Shown here one piece after another: positions 1 to 13,499 of a DNA stretch of 64,000 nt (within the stretch, counting starts at the first letter, position 1; each line of letters opens with the position of its first letter). The position numbers and the translations under genes are program-made. Origin of the DNA: Eledone cirrhosa (Eukaryota); the NCBI GenBank assembly GCA_964016885.1, contig OZ024741.1:299150001-299214000 (forward strand), written 5' to 3'. The notes under the pieces are model-generated. The model saw nothing but the letters and a program-made list of their open reading frames with translations. It was not told the DNA's origin and did not search any database.

Positions 1-1650
1 TTATACATTTTATACAGAGAAAAGTGGCTCCAGAATGCAAAGCCCTGTAAACTGTATTTCGACCAATCAGTGTGTAGTTTCACTGAATTACTACAGCTGA
101 TTGGTTTAAGCGTCACGGCTGGTTGAGCATGCTAACGACCAATAGTCATACCCAACGTATCAATTGTTTTGCTTTTTGAAATGATGAAAATAGCATTTTC
201 TATTAATCATCACCATCAACATCACTTTTATTATTATTATTATTATTGTTGTTGTTGTTGTTGTTAGTGGTCGTGGTCATAGTGGTAGTAGAAGTAATAC
301 CCCTAGGCGTTATTATTGTTCATTTAGCTTGGGTTTGAATTTATCAATAAAATTCTTTTCTTTGATTTTTCTCTTGATTTCACTTGGGCTGTGTAATTTG
401 TAGAATGGGAATATTATAAATATTCCCTGACCACATGTTGCCAGGTGGCCGCTTAGGGGTATCTGACGGACATTTGGGTGTGACTTTGTGTATATGTGTG
501 TGTGTGTGTGTGTTGAAAGACAGTTTAGTCTGGCACGGCCCTTTTTTCTGCAGATGCTTAACGACATATGATATAGAAGGAATTCTTATTCCATAACTAT
601 TTTTGTTCATAGAATTGAATTAGTTAGCTATACCTTCATTAACAGTTTATCGTAAAGAAGTCAAAGATAGTTTTACAGAAAAATAAAGTAATGAGAAACG
701 AGGATGATATAAACGTGGTTGAAATATAAATACTAAAACATGTTGAAGTCTAATGGCAATTTGTATGATGCTTTCAGAAAAACATAAAGTGTTTTCAGTA
801 AATGTTTCCAACTGTGGTATTTAAACCTAATAGAATGCTCTCTTTCAGGTTATAACATTCGAGTGGAAGATTGGCTGAATCTATTTCATTCAATAAGCAC
901 TAAGTAGATTTGACCAATAAAAACTATGTAATGAAATCCGCTTTACATTTCTTTCCAAATGATTTCTGCAGAAGTCATCCATTTTGCATGTAGCATAACA
1001 ATGTCCAGTTGCCGTTGTTGTCATTGCAATGATAATGATGATGATGATGATCATCATAATAATCGTCATAATTATCATCATGACCATCATCATATCTTCT
1101 CCTACCTCACCAGTACCTAGCCCATAAACATCTGCGACATCAGCTGCTACAAACTCCATAAGCTGCTGTATTTTTGTATCGATCATCGTCTCCTTCATCG
1201 TCATCGTTGTTGTTACAAATGACGTCACAAGAAGAACACACCGCCATAATAGATTTCGTTTGTATTACGAGCAAATCGGATTAATAATAGGGTCTGGACT
1301 TAGAGAACTAAAAAATAAAGTAGAGTGGCCTAAGCAGAAAATAAACAACTGTGATCAAAGATAATGATTGCTTACTAAATTTATATGTCACAAATATTAC
1401 AGTGGGGAAGGTTTTATGGGACCTTCTTGCCTAAATGTCATGAACTGAGTAAGTAATGGGAATTGGTTTCAGTTAGGAATTAAAAGATCGATAAGGACAC
1501 TCCAAATGTAAACCAATAACTTGCGAATGGAATTTAGTAGCTAGAAGGCCACTGTAAACTCACGCACACATGGCACACATACATAAAACTTTCACATTTG
1601 AAATTATAGTCGCTACAATGCAAATAGCTATAATAATAGTGGAATAAATT

Positions 1651-1992
<342 letters not shown>

Positions 1993-2340
1993 ATTCAGGA
2001 ATCCAAACAAAGAGATGCAATTACACAGTTTTATTAGTTCCCCCCGTGTTGGAAAAGGAAAAGGAATGCCTCCCAGTTAGTCCTTTATCAAGAAAAAGTA
2101 ACATTAGGAGAAAGGGGAGTTGGGGGGGGGATTTAGGAAAGACGTATTTATCAGCATGAATGTGGTTGGCAGGTGAGCACTGTAGCGTGCACAGTATTGT
2201 GCTGTGGGGTTTGAGGAGCGTCCGGGTTTACTATTGGTACGTGTATGTATGGATGAGGTACATTTTGGAGTATGCGTACTGTGTTTACATTTTATTTGAT
2301 GGTATACGTGTACCGCATAAGAGGGTTGATATGTATAACG

Positions 2341-2398
<58 letters not shown>

Positions 2399-2747
2399 CT
2401 TGGTTACCATGTTGAGCTCCGCTGATGAACGAAATCCAACCGTGACCATCCCCACTGAAAGTTTTCGTGAAATAGTCTTTTCAAGACTATACAGAGCATT
2501 TGAATTTGTCCCAAATTTAAGGTTGAGTACATTACACTTTGTTTTATCATGAGTTAAGGCTCTATTGATTTTTCCCTGGATTTCTCTAAATTCTGTTTGA
2601 TAAATCTATATCCTGATTCCTTTTGAATTGAGTCTGAATTACTTTTCCCATATCTTATGTTAACTATTTTTGCCATTTTGACGCTATAGTCACTTATATG
2701 TTATGGAATACTGTTAGCTTCTCGCTACAACAATTTCCATACTTTTC

Positions 2748-2840
<93 letters not shown>

Positions 2841-4239
2841 CATATATATATAGATACATAGGTGTAAATTAGCCAAATAACACCGTTGTTTAATGGTCCA
2901 TGGACAAGAACATTCATCTGTATGTTTGATGTTATCATCACCAAACGTAAGCATTTTAATCTGTAGTAGTTATGTTCATTAATTATTCAGCGTCAAAGGA
3001 TTTCGGTCCTTTATTACAAAGGAATGGACCTCCATTGCTTTCGACGTTCAATGGTCCAGTGGTTAGATCAATGGAACAGCCTGCTCGTGAAATCCATTTA
3101 CAGGCGCCTGAGCACTATGGGAAAGCTAGCCTTTTGGATTACAGGTATACTCCATGCAATCGGCTTCCAAGCAGCTTCCACCAACCCGATTTAATTCACA
3201 TGGCTTTGATTGACACGCACCTATGCTACATGACACATATCCAAATTCCACGTAGTGTGATCGTTCCCGAGACGTAATGATTGATTGCGAAGTGAGCTTC
3301 TTATGCTGTGACCTCTCTTTTTACTATGGGGTTTATCGCCATAATGAGCTTATTAAAAGGATTCTTAAAATCACGATACACAATCTGTTGACCTATTATC
3401 ATGTCCCTCTCTAATTCCATCTAAACATGCATTCCCAGAAACGCTTATACATACATTTGGATCATGTACACTTCCACGCGGAAATTTAAGAATATAATAT
3501 AATGCATTTTAAATGAACGAACCGTCCTGTAATACGTAACGGGCTGTTGTAACACAATCGAATGCTTTATGTCCACGTGTTGTAAAGGTCAGCTATATGG
3601 AAGATGATAGAAAGTCTCGGATACGTCGAATAAATGAATAAAGAAAGCTCGAAAGCGTATCTTTACTAAACCGTCTATTCGACTTTCCGACTACCAACAT
3701 CGTTTATGCGATAGATTTCACATGCTATCTGGTAAAACATCACGATCTAGTCCTTGGATGCTTTTAGCAGAGTTCAGTGTGTTTCATACATTTAGATCAG
3801 ACCAGCTTTCTTCCATTACCTACGATTTTCTTTTACTAATTTATCTGAAAATATTTACACAGCGCATAATCCGCACGGATTCCATCAGTCTAGAAAGATA
3901 TGCAATAATCAAGGAGAGCTTTTGTTGCTACTTTATAAATATAAATTCTACGTTTCGCGTATAAATGCAGACATGTTTCTATTTAGCTCACAAGTTACGT
4001 CTGATCGATTAGTCTTATAACTTCAGACATGGCCATCACATATTTTTCTGACATAGTGTATTGCCCAATGCGACATTTTAGAAGTCGTTACGATATGATT
4101 TAATTTTTATTGCTTGCAGGGGGGTGACTGTGAAAACAGTCCTTCGTTAGATAGAAAGGCACAGTTATTTAGCTGTATAGTAAGAAAATCTTTAGCTTGA
4201 GAGTTGTGATATCAATATGTATATAATCAAATATAAATA

Positions 4240-4560
4240 TTGTGAGAGCTCGTACCTCAGAAGGTATGGTGTTCGACCCACGAGCATATGCATGTGAGTT
4301 CAACTGCCTGTTGCGCGTTGTACCTTTAAGCAACGCCCTTCATTCTCTGTTCCCCCAACCAACTCATTTGACAAAAATGAATCGTACTTGTAATTCAAAG
4401 CGTCGGTCTTGTCACATATTTTGGCGCGCTGGACCTCACTGAGAATTGCGTTAACTTTACAAGTGTCTGCGGAATGTATAGTTAATTTCATGTTAATTTC
4501 ATGAGCAGATTGTTCTGTTTATAAAGCAACTGGAACACTTGTCGACGAAAGCGACGTTGA
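4240..4560 (+). mobile_element. Degenerate tRNA-derived SINE
   Basis: B-box-like GTGTTCGACCC at ~4270, then a 'gttgtacctttaagcaacgcccttcatt' core and a tail shared with other copies (e.g. ~2950-3330 -, 52150-52480 +, 54100-54280 +). Confidence 0.5.
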
Positions 4561-4632
4561 TCAAATAAACAAACAATGAAATAAACAAAACAAAAAAACC
4601 TTCATAAATGCTTGAAAAGTGTCAACACTTAC

Positions 4633-4816
4633 TTGAAATAAAAGGTATTGTTTTTAAAACCAAAAAATGGTGCAATATATGTCATCATCCAAATGTAACC
4701 TCCACCACAATCAAAGTAAGGTCGACTCCAATGGCCGTCATCATAACGAACCAGTATTACGGAATCGTTTAAGAATTCTCCTTGATATGAAGCATTATAG
4801 CGTTTCTGCCAGACAT
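4633..4816 (-). CDS. Internal exon of a GPR158/GPR179-family (CG31760-like) class C orphan GPCR, extracellular Cache domain
   Basis: Translation DVWQKRYNASYQGEFLNDSVILVRYDDGHWSRPYFDCGGGYIWMMTYIAPFFGFKNNTFYFK matches the family motif (DG.WS.PY.DCGGG.IWM.TY..PFFG). Acceptor tttcctttgacag| precedes 4816 and donor |gtaagt follows 4633. The exon is 184 bp, phase 1 to phase 2. Confidence 0.88.
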
Positions 4817-4949
4817 CTGTCAAAGGAAATAACATACAAGTTAATGCAAGGTTCAGATTACTGGCAATTCTTTAAGCACAGCTTTAAACATTTACTATTT
4901 ACTTAATGAAGTAAATGGATATAAATAACATCAGTAGCAATAATAATGA

Positions 4950-5044
4950 TTGTTTCTACTTTTGGCAAGAGGCCAGCAATTACCATAGTGCATTACTGCT
5001 GCTATATTTTATCGACCCTGTAAGAATGAAGGGCAAAGTTAACC

Positions 5045-5046
<2 letters not shown>
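4950..5046 (-). mobile_element. 5'-truncated SINE (family with ...cctttcatccttacggggtcgataaaataaagtaccag core and (ATT)n tail)
   Basis: Reverse complement matches the full-length copy at 43681-43897. Confidence 0.8.

Positions 5047-5088
<42 letters not shown>
5047..5088. repeat. (AAT)n microsatellite, tail/target of the Tx1-like LINE
   Basis: Directly visible; follows AATAAA on the minus strand. Confidence 0.95.
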
Positions 5089-5090
<2 letters not shown>

Positions 5091-8000
5091 TTTCTTTATT
5101 AACCACAAGGGTTTACATAAAGTAGACATTAAGGACAGTACAGGACAATACAGGGCGCTACAAATGGGCATTTCTGCGTGTAAAAAAAACAAGAAACAGA
5201 GCATGTAATAATAGAACAATGAAAACATTCCCCAATAGGGGGGAGATTTCCGAGAGACATTGGGGGAGAAAGCCCATTAAAAAGCCACAGTGACCCTGAC
5301 CACCAGGGCAAGTGCCCTCTCCCAGTTTTCCACCTTTAATTTACAGACATATACTTAGAGTAGGCCTATTTACTCGGGCCATTCTGGCCTCTCTCACCCA
5401 TCTTTCAACAAAATGCTGGGAAGAGAACACTTCCCTTTCTACCCTGATTTTCCTTTTCAAATGAAATTTGAAAAAGTTAATCAGGGCATCACCGAAGAGG
5501 TAAGTGCTCGTCTTCAGCCCTTTCAGACGCGGCCACCATACTATCGCTTTCGCTATGGCCACCATACAGATAAAAACTTCCTGCCCTTCCAGGCTAAAGG
5601 AAGAGGGCGGGGCAATCCCCACGATGGACTCTGCTGATAGTCGAATCCGTTCTACACGCGACAGCAGGTGTTCGACATAAACCCACAAGTCAGCAATGCC
5701 GGACACTGGACGAGTGCATTCAGGATGGTTTCGTCTCCCTGCGCGCATCCCGGACATGCCCAATTGACGGCACCTCCATGCCTGTAGAGTTTATCCCGAA
5801 CTGGCAAAGCTTCTCGGTAGCACTGCCAGGCCAGGGATTTCTGGAAGTTGTCCATAGGCCCCGGCCCAAAAGTTCTTCCAAAGAGATTGGCTAGTTGATT
5901 TTCGTTGACGCCTAGAGTTTCCCCAAGTACGTCGTCGCTTTTCCCTTCCACTAATCCTCTATAGAACGCCAAGGTGGAGTTTCCACCGATCACATTGCCC
6001 GATTGGTCGAGGGCTGTGAGCGCCTGAAGACATTCCAGTCTCCAAGCACTCCCTCTCGGTCTTCATTTGATCCAGGACTGCAGCTCCGTCAAGACGCGTC
6101 TAGCAAACGGCGACCACATTTGATCACCGCCGAGGAAGAGGTGGAGATGTCGAAGCCTGAGCGCGTGTCTGCGCATCATTAGCCACAGCAGATGGACCGC
6201 CTGACCGTATGAGCGCGTCCTTTCCACAAAAAGCGAAAGAGCAAACGCCCAGCGCAGTCAGGCGCGGCTTAGGACAAGGTACGACGGTCAGGCGGTAGTA
6301 GATAACGGACGCGATGTACGCGTTAGCCACCTCCGCTCGACCTTTCAGAGATAGCTTCCTCTCCGCCCATTTCTGGATGAGAGAAGCCACCCTGCTTGTC
6401 ACCCCGTTCCAGTTTTTGTCCGTCTGGAGTTCCGGACCGAAAGAGACCCCTAGCAATTTAACCGGTCCGTCCGTCCAGACCCCGCCGACGCCGTTGGACG
6501 GCATGGACCTGCCTCTCCAGGTGCCGATCTGCAGGCCTACTGACTTTTCCTGGTTGATCATTGCTCCTGTCACCGCTTCGTATTCTCTTAGTGCAGTGCC
6601 AACCGCCTCGATGTGTTTGGCGTTCGACACCACTACGGTGACATCGTCCGCATATGCTGACACGGATCTTCCGCATCCTAGTTCGGCGGGACCCCCCTCA
6701 GCGTCTCCAGTTTGTGAAGTAATGGCTCGAGAGTCAATACGTACAAGAGGGACGAGAGGGGACATCCTTGGCGGACCGAGCGCATGATGTTGAACGGGTC
6801 CGAAAGGTGACCGTTCACTCTCACCACAGAGCAGATGTCGCTGTTCATGGCAGCGATCCAGCCTCTGAAGACGGGCCCAAAGACAACCGCCCTCAGGACT
6901 GCCGCCAGATAACGATGGTCGACCCTATCGAAAGGTTTCGACTGATCTAAATTGATCAAGGACCCACCCGTACCAGGTTCCCTAGCTACCCGCTCCACGA
7001 TGTATCGCATGAGGTGGAGGTTGTCGTGGATGGATCTGTCGGGAATGGTGCATGTCTACGCCTCTCCTACCAGACCACCAACGACAAGCGCCACCTCTTT
7101 GCTAGCACTTTGGCCAAAATCTTGAAATCTGTGTTTAGATTAGTTATGGGCCTGAAATTATCCCCCTTGTTCGGATCCTTTTTAAGCAGCGCCTCCGCTC
7201 CTCGGCTCACAGAGCTGGGAATTCTCCCGTTCTGTTGCCAGTTGCAGTAGAGGTCCGCCAAGAGGCCTCCGAACAAGTCTGGCATCTGTACGTAAAGTTC
7301 ATAGGACAGACCATCCAAACCAGGCGATTTACCCCTTGAGCAGCCAGTAATTGCCTCCCATACTTCAGCTGCTGTTATCGGCTTTTCGCAATACTCTGCC
7401 TCAGTGGACGAGAGCCGGCCCGCTGCTGCCCCCGAACAGCTGAGCGAAGTGTTGCTGAAAAGCTTCACACATTTTCCCGGGATGGAGTAGCATGCGCCCG
7501 TCGTGGTCCACCAAAGACTGGATCGTGGCTTTGTAGCCACGACGCGCCTCCGCCACTCGGGTCCATTGAACGGCTTTCGTCCCCTCGTGTCTGAGCGCAC
7601 GCACCCTAGCTCTGACAACGCAGCCTTCGTGCTTTACAGTGAAGAATTGGTCAAGAGCTAATTTCGCGCAAGTACGTCGGTCGCGATGTCTTTGCTAAGC
7701 GCCCGTCTAATTTTCTAACTATTTTTCTCTATTGATAAAGCCTTACTAAACCTAATGGACTCTGTTCTAATCTCTCTTTTCAGAGCAAACCATCACTTGT
7801 TGTTGACGATGGCCCCCGTCAACGCCCGCTTAACTAGATCGCTAATCCTGTCTCTGTAGGCCTTGCGCGCCGGTAATGACGCGTTTAGCTTCCAATAGCC
7901 GGGTCCTTGTCTATGAAGCCTATCTAAGTCAACCACACAGATCCTGAATTTGTGGTCCGTGTAGCTAACTATCTTGAATTGTGGACAGCCTATGCTAGAC

Positions 8001-9758
8001 CTATCTATTTTCCTACAAAATACTCTATCTAGATATGATCTGGATGACCCGAGACGGTTTGTGCTAGTCGACATTGGCACGTTCGGGAAATCCAAACGGT
8101 ACCTGTCAGACAGTTCAAAACGCCTGAGCAGGTTGGTGAGGCTCTTGCACCCTCCTCCTCTATCCGCTAATCCCACACAGTCGTAGCGTGCATCTAAGTG
8201 CCGTTCCAGTCGCCCACTAACACTAAAGAGCGGAATGTTCCAAGACTGGTCTCCAGACGCCGGATGAAATCAGGCCGCCCTACTCTTGTCAGGGCATAGA
8301 CGGCCACTAGTCTGAAAGCTTGCACGTCTCCGGTGGTCACGTCCAGCACCACCAACTTACCTTCTGGGTCTAGGAAGATGGCCCGTATGCCGAGATCCAA
8401 ACCTCTCCGAAAAAGCACAGCAACTCCCCCCCACCCTGATCCCGGACGGCTGGGAGATGCGTACACATCGTAGCCGCCGAAGATCGGTGCGAAGACCCGT
8501 GCCTCGAAACTCGGAGATTCTGGTCTCGCTGATGGCCACCACATCTATGTTTAGAGACATGAGATTGATCAGCAGGTGGCCCTGCTTCCAAGACGACCCC
8601 AGGCCACGTACATTTATGTTACCTATTCTGAGAGTAGCATATTGGCTAGGATAGGAGGAAAACAAGTGAGAGGGGAGAGTTACAAAAAATTACCTGTGAT
8701 CCATCACTCCGACCATTGGTGGGTTTCTCCACGAGAATATCCGTGAATATTCTTTTGGTGATGTTCCCTCGGTAGTCTCAAATTGATGTGGGGAACATTT
8801 TTTTTAATGTTATGTAATTTTTTTGTGTAATTTCTATTATTTTTGTGTGTGGGGGGTGCAATTTTGGTGGTTTGTACGTAGTTTGTTTCTGTGATGTTGG
8901 TGTGGTGTTGAATGTAATTTAAAAGCTTTGTTATGTCTGTGTCTATGGCTGTGTATTGTGTCTGCTGTTTGGGTGTTGGTGTTTTCTGTGTTTTCTATCG
9001 TGTTGTTGCAGGTGACGATGGAGTAGATGGTAAGGGTGGTGGTGGTGGTGGTGGCGGTGACGGTGCTAGTGGCGGTGGCGTTGGTGGTGGTGGTGGTAGT
9101 GATAGTGTAGGTGGTTGTGGGGGTGTGGTTGTTGATGGTGGTGGAGCAGGTGGGTTATTTTTCACTTTCTTTTTTTTTTAAGGTTCTTTCTTCCTCTTTT
9201 ATGGGGGGGGGGGATGAGGGTAGGGAGTTCTTCCTTTTTTTTGTTGGAATAGTTCTCCACTCTTCGGCCTCATCGCACTCCTTGTCCGATTTGGCTATAT
9301 TAGGAAAGGGTATGCTTTCCATTGGTTTTGTGGGTGGTGGAAGAGATGGTGTTTGTGTTGTTGGGGATGGTGATTTCTCTTCTGCCACTGTGTTCTTTGT
9401 TTGTTTGTCTGCTCCAGTTGCAGGGCACGGCGTGGGTAGAAGGGGTGTGTGCGTGCCTGTTTTGGTAATTTTGTGGCAGAATGCCTTAAGGTGCGTCTTG
9501 TAGCTGCATCCATGACACCTTGGGCGCCTACCATCGACAGTCACGTGTAGATGGCTGCCGTCGTCCAGGTCTATTACATCGGGGATGGCCTCAACGATTT
9601 CATGGTTTGCTTGGACGATTAGCTCCATCCCCGACCCTGTCCAATTTTCCTGTCTTATTCGTATGACGTTGAGTATGGTTGTTGAAACGTTAACGTCAGC
9701 GAGGACGGCTGCCGTCAACCACGCCATCTCCACTGAGGGTGGAACCTGACCTACTCTA
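5089..9758 (-). mobile_element. Tx1/L1-clade LINE (subfamily A), 5'-truncated within ORF1, frameshifted
   Basis: ORF1 remnant 9155-9733 has a CX2CX4HX4C knuckle (CHGCSYKTHLKAFC). ORF2 fragments: APE (NINVRGL, ISETR, GDWN, YLDR, TDH), RT (KSPGLDG, FRPIT, DQSKPFDRV, RQGCPLS, YADD) and C-terminal zf-RVT (CPGC..GDETILN). 3' AATAAA then (TTA)n. Confidence 0.93.
9155..9733 (-). pseudogene. Tx1-like ORF1 (gag-like zinc knuckle), N-terminally truncated
   Basis: RRPRCHGCSYKTHLKAFC knuckle followed by a low-complexity P/T/K-rich tail, upstream of the APE ORF. Confidence 0.8.
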
Positions 9759-11458
9759 TGACAAAACCATTAATCACTTGTTCTACATGGATAACCTGAA
9801 ACTATTTGCAAAAAATGATGAATAATTGCAAGGGCTATTATCCACTGTGGAGCAGTTCAGTGATGACATTAAAATGACAGTGATGACATAGTTTCGACTA
9901 GATAAATGCGCCAAAGCAACGTTCACCAGAGGAAAGCTGCTGAAAAGTTCAGACATTAATCTTGATCGGTGGAATGTGATAAGAGAACTTGATCAAGAGG
10001 AAACTTACAAATATCTAGGTGTTTGTGAAGGAGACGGAATCAAGCACTCGACATGGGGGAAAGAATAAGGAAGGAATGTTACCGCAGAGTAAGAGCAATC
10101 TTAAGAACGGAATTGAATGCAAGGAATAGGATCGATGCCATAAACACACTTGCCATACCAGTAGTAACCTACAGTTACAATGTCATCAACTGGTCAAGCA
10201 CAGAGATCGGTAGGCTCGATACAAAAATTAGAAAATTCTTAACCATGCACAGAATGCATCACCCTAAGGCAGATACAGATAGAATATATCTCCCTAGGAA
10301 AGAAGGAGGACGTGGGGGTAATCCAGTTAGATATTGCTTTGAAAACTGCAACAATTGGATTATCTACATATCTAAGGGAATCACATGATTGGATGATCAA
10401 ACTAGTTTTGAAACACGAAAGCATCAAAAGATTACAAAAGATGCACAAAGATACAGTAATGAACTACAAATTTCAGAAGTCCCATTTACTGTTGAAATGG
10501 AAAACACAGAAAAAGCAAAGCAGTTAAAAGTAACAGCAAAGAAAGAACTGCTACAGAAACTGGCTAAGAAATGGCAAGAAAAGCCTCTGTATGGAAAATA
10601 CCCAGAAAGAGTTAACAATCCTGATGTTGACAACACTTTAACCCATCAGTGGTTGGCATCCTCTGGACTGAAATCGGAGACTGAAGGACTGATTATATCA
10701 GCAGAAGATCAGTGTCTGCCAACATAATAAAAAATGGATGCAACCCATTATGCCGTGTATGTAAAAAATAACCAGAGACCATTGATCATATAATTTCAAT
10801 GTGCAGTCCTATAGCTCAAACCGAATACCTAAACAGGCATGACAGAGCTGCACAATACATACATTCGATAAGGCGTAAGCATTTTGACCTGCCCCATCAA
10901 AAGAATTGGTGGGAGCATCAACCACCTCCCATACTTCAAAAAGATCACATCTCAATATTGTGGAACTTTAGCATCCAAACAGACCGAAAAATAGATGCAA
11001 ATAGACTTGATGTAATACTGAAGGACTTTATAAAGAGGGTATGCCTGCTAATTGATATGTCCGTTCCAATAGACAAGAATGTATCTATAAAAACATTTGA
11101 AAAATTGAGCAAGTATAAGGACCTGGAGATAGAAATTGGAAAAATGTGGAAATTGAGAACTAAAACAATACCAGTGGTTGTAGGCGCTCTAGGAATGATA
11201 CGTAAGGGCTCTAATGATTACTTATCGCAACCCAGGAAACCCGCGTATAGGAGAAATACAAAAGATAGTACTAATGGGAACTGCCCATATACTAAGGAAG
11301 ATTCTGTCAATATAAGTACATCACAAGTCTAAACACCTAAAGATGCATGTGTGTGTATGTATGTTCTTTCTTGAACATGGCGGACCTTATTGTCTCTTGA
11401 GGTCACTGGTTGTGACTTGGTCATAACACGTATGAACATAAAGAAAGATAAATGCAAC
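9755..11458 (+). mobile_element. R4/Dong-clade (RLE) non-LTR retrotransposon, family A, 5'-truncated
   Basis: YDKTINHLFYMDNLKLF, YKYLGV, RIYLPRKEGGRG, ETEGLIISAEDQ, C..C...ETIDHII..C, RHD, NRLD..IDMSVP..EK..KYKDL (RLE). Ends in (TAA)n at 11459-11500. Confidence 0.92.
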
Positions 11459-11500
<42 letters not shown>

Positions 11501-11646
11501 TGTTTCTACTTTAGGCACAAGGCCAGCAATTACTCCAGTGCATTACTGGTACTTTATTTTATCGACCCGGGTAAGGATGAAAGGCAAAGTCAACCTCGAC
11601 GGGATTTGAACTCAGCCCTTAAAGGGACGTAACTATGCTGGAAAGC
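11501..11646 (-). mobile_element. SINE, same family as 43681-43897, 5'-truncated
   Basis: tgtttctactttaggcacaaggccagcaat...ggatttgaactc matches the family's reverse complement. Confidence 0.85.
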
Positions 11647-11654
11647 AATAATAA

Positions 11655-12461
11655 TGATTTCATTTATTAGCCACAAGGGCCGACATGTAGTGGACAATAC
11701 AAAGACAGGGACAGCGGGGTTTACAATAAGGTCGAGTAAAAGTGCACAATGGCAAGAATAATTTAACAATGAAGATATAAAAATATAAAATAAACTATGC
11801 ATAAATATAACAAAATAAATTACCCGATAGGGGGTGGACGACCCTGGGGTGACTCGGGTACCCCACCAATCCTGAACCACCCTGCGCTTCTAGGGCACCC
11901 AGGGAGCGCACCCCTCTCCTCAAGTTAGGTAGCCCATAGGCGCATGGTCAGAGTAGGCCCATTCACACGAGCCATTCTCGCCACATTCACCCACCTTTTA
12001 GCAAATGTACTGGGGAGCAGCACTTCTCTCTCTTCCCTCACCTTCCTGTCCAGGTGAAACTTGAAGAAGTTGATGAGGGATTGGCCGAAGAGAAAAGTGT
12101 CTGTCTTCAGTCCTTTTAACCTGGTCCACCATATAACCTCTTTCGCAACTGCCACCAGACAGAGGAACATTTCCTGCTCTTCCTGACCTAAGGAAGGCGG
12201 TGGGTCGATCTTCACTATGGACTCGGCCGATAGCCGGATTCGGGTCACACGCGACAGTAGCTATTCGACATAACTCCACAAGTCAGTAATGCATGGACAT
12301 TGGAAAAGTGCTTGCAGAACGGTTTCGTCGTTCTGTGCGCATCTTGGGCAGGTCCGTCTAACAGCACTTCCGCGCCTGTAGAGTTTATCCCGAACCGGCA
12401 GAGCCCCCCGGTAGCACTGCCAAGCGAGGGATTTCTGGAAATTGTCCATCGTCCCCGGCTC
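11655..12461 (-). mobile_element. Tx1/L1-clade LINE 3' fragment (subfamily B)
   Basis: MDNFQKSLAWQCYRGALPVRDKL..CPRCAQNDETVLQALFQC is homologous to, but diverged from, subfamily A. Has AATAAA and is flanked on both sides by (AAT)n. Confidence 0.9.
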
Positions 12462-12949
12462 ATGATAATAATAATAATAATTTATTTTATCATTGGACTC
12501 TTTTCATACATAAATATAATCATTAAAAAAGGATACAAAAATGTGTGAGGATGTACATGAAAGTTGTATAAAAACGAGCAAAAAGAAGAGATAAGCATAT
12601 TTTATATTGGACTAGAAAGAAACCTTTGAACCATCCGTATGAATTTCAACTACATTCTATGGTCTTATAGTCATGATATCACGCCCTATTTCCTCCTCTG
12701 AATACCTACCTTTTCTCCTGTTTGTCACGTTGTTTATCCTTAGTACCAGAACATTCATGCCGATCTATGAAAGCTTGTACTCATGTATTTTCTATGCCCC
12801 ATGTTGGGACTCAGTTATTTTCTCTCTCTTTTTATTACTTTTAATTTTTCCGACAGTTTGTATCATATTTAAATTGCTGCATGAAAATGGGGTACTACAA
12901 TTAGGTGAGAGAGACATGCGATTTCCTAGTCGTCTTTCCTGTTACTGGA

Positions 12950-13300
12950 CACGAGCTGACACTTCTGACCATCCTAATTTACTGTGACCAGAGTTACTTC
13001 GAAAACAGTAGCTTCTGTACCTTGCTGTTATTGTTGCTGGCTTTTCTGATGTCTGTTGTTCTCTCTCTTTCTCTCTCATTTTCACGTTTTTCTTTTTCTC
13101 TCTTTCTCCCTCTCTTCTTCTGGGGTCCCGATAAATCGCAGCAAAATTATGCAAGTCAATTTTACTCGCACACATGTAACGGTGGAACCTCCTGACATCC
13201 ACATCCAATTCTATCACTTTCCTCTCCGCTGCCATGACGGAGCAGAGCTTCACGGTGGTTGTGTAGTCTTCGAACAGTGATTAGCAGCTTCCAGCCTATG
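12950..13300 (-). mobile_element. Possible old Tx1-like ORF1 remnant
   Basis: LDVDVRRFHRYMCASKIDL resembles HVTVDGRRPRCHGCSYKTHL of the ORF1 at 9155-9733; the knuckle is degenerate. Confidence 0.35.
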
Positions 13301-13499
13301 CCAATCCCAAACAAATCACATGTGATTTTAGGTCACCTCTTTATTCCCAACCTGCCCTCACTGAGCCTCAAAACGTATAAATGGCGTTAAGGATGGGGAG
13401 AGGGTTACAGACCGAAACTAAATGATAGTCACCAATGAAATATGAGTGTTGCATGGGGTAGAAATGCATATAGGTTACGCATAAAGTGTGGTTAGAAAT

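Noticed and set aside
890-1228. 112-aa Met/Ile/Thr-rich ORF
   Set aside because: Derived from degenerate (CAT)n/(GAT)n trinucleotide repeats; no recognisable domain or splice support.
2418-2445. CTGATGA-ac-GAAA hammerhead-like core (similar at ~63385-63404, minus strand)
   Set aside because: No helix II and poor helix I/III pairing.
8933-9503. Gly/Val-rich plus-strand ORFs
   Set aside because: Antisense of the Pro/Thr-rich Tx1 ORF1 tail.
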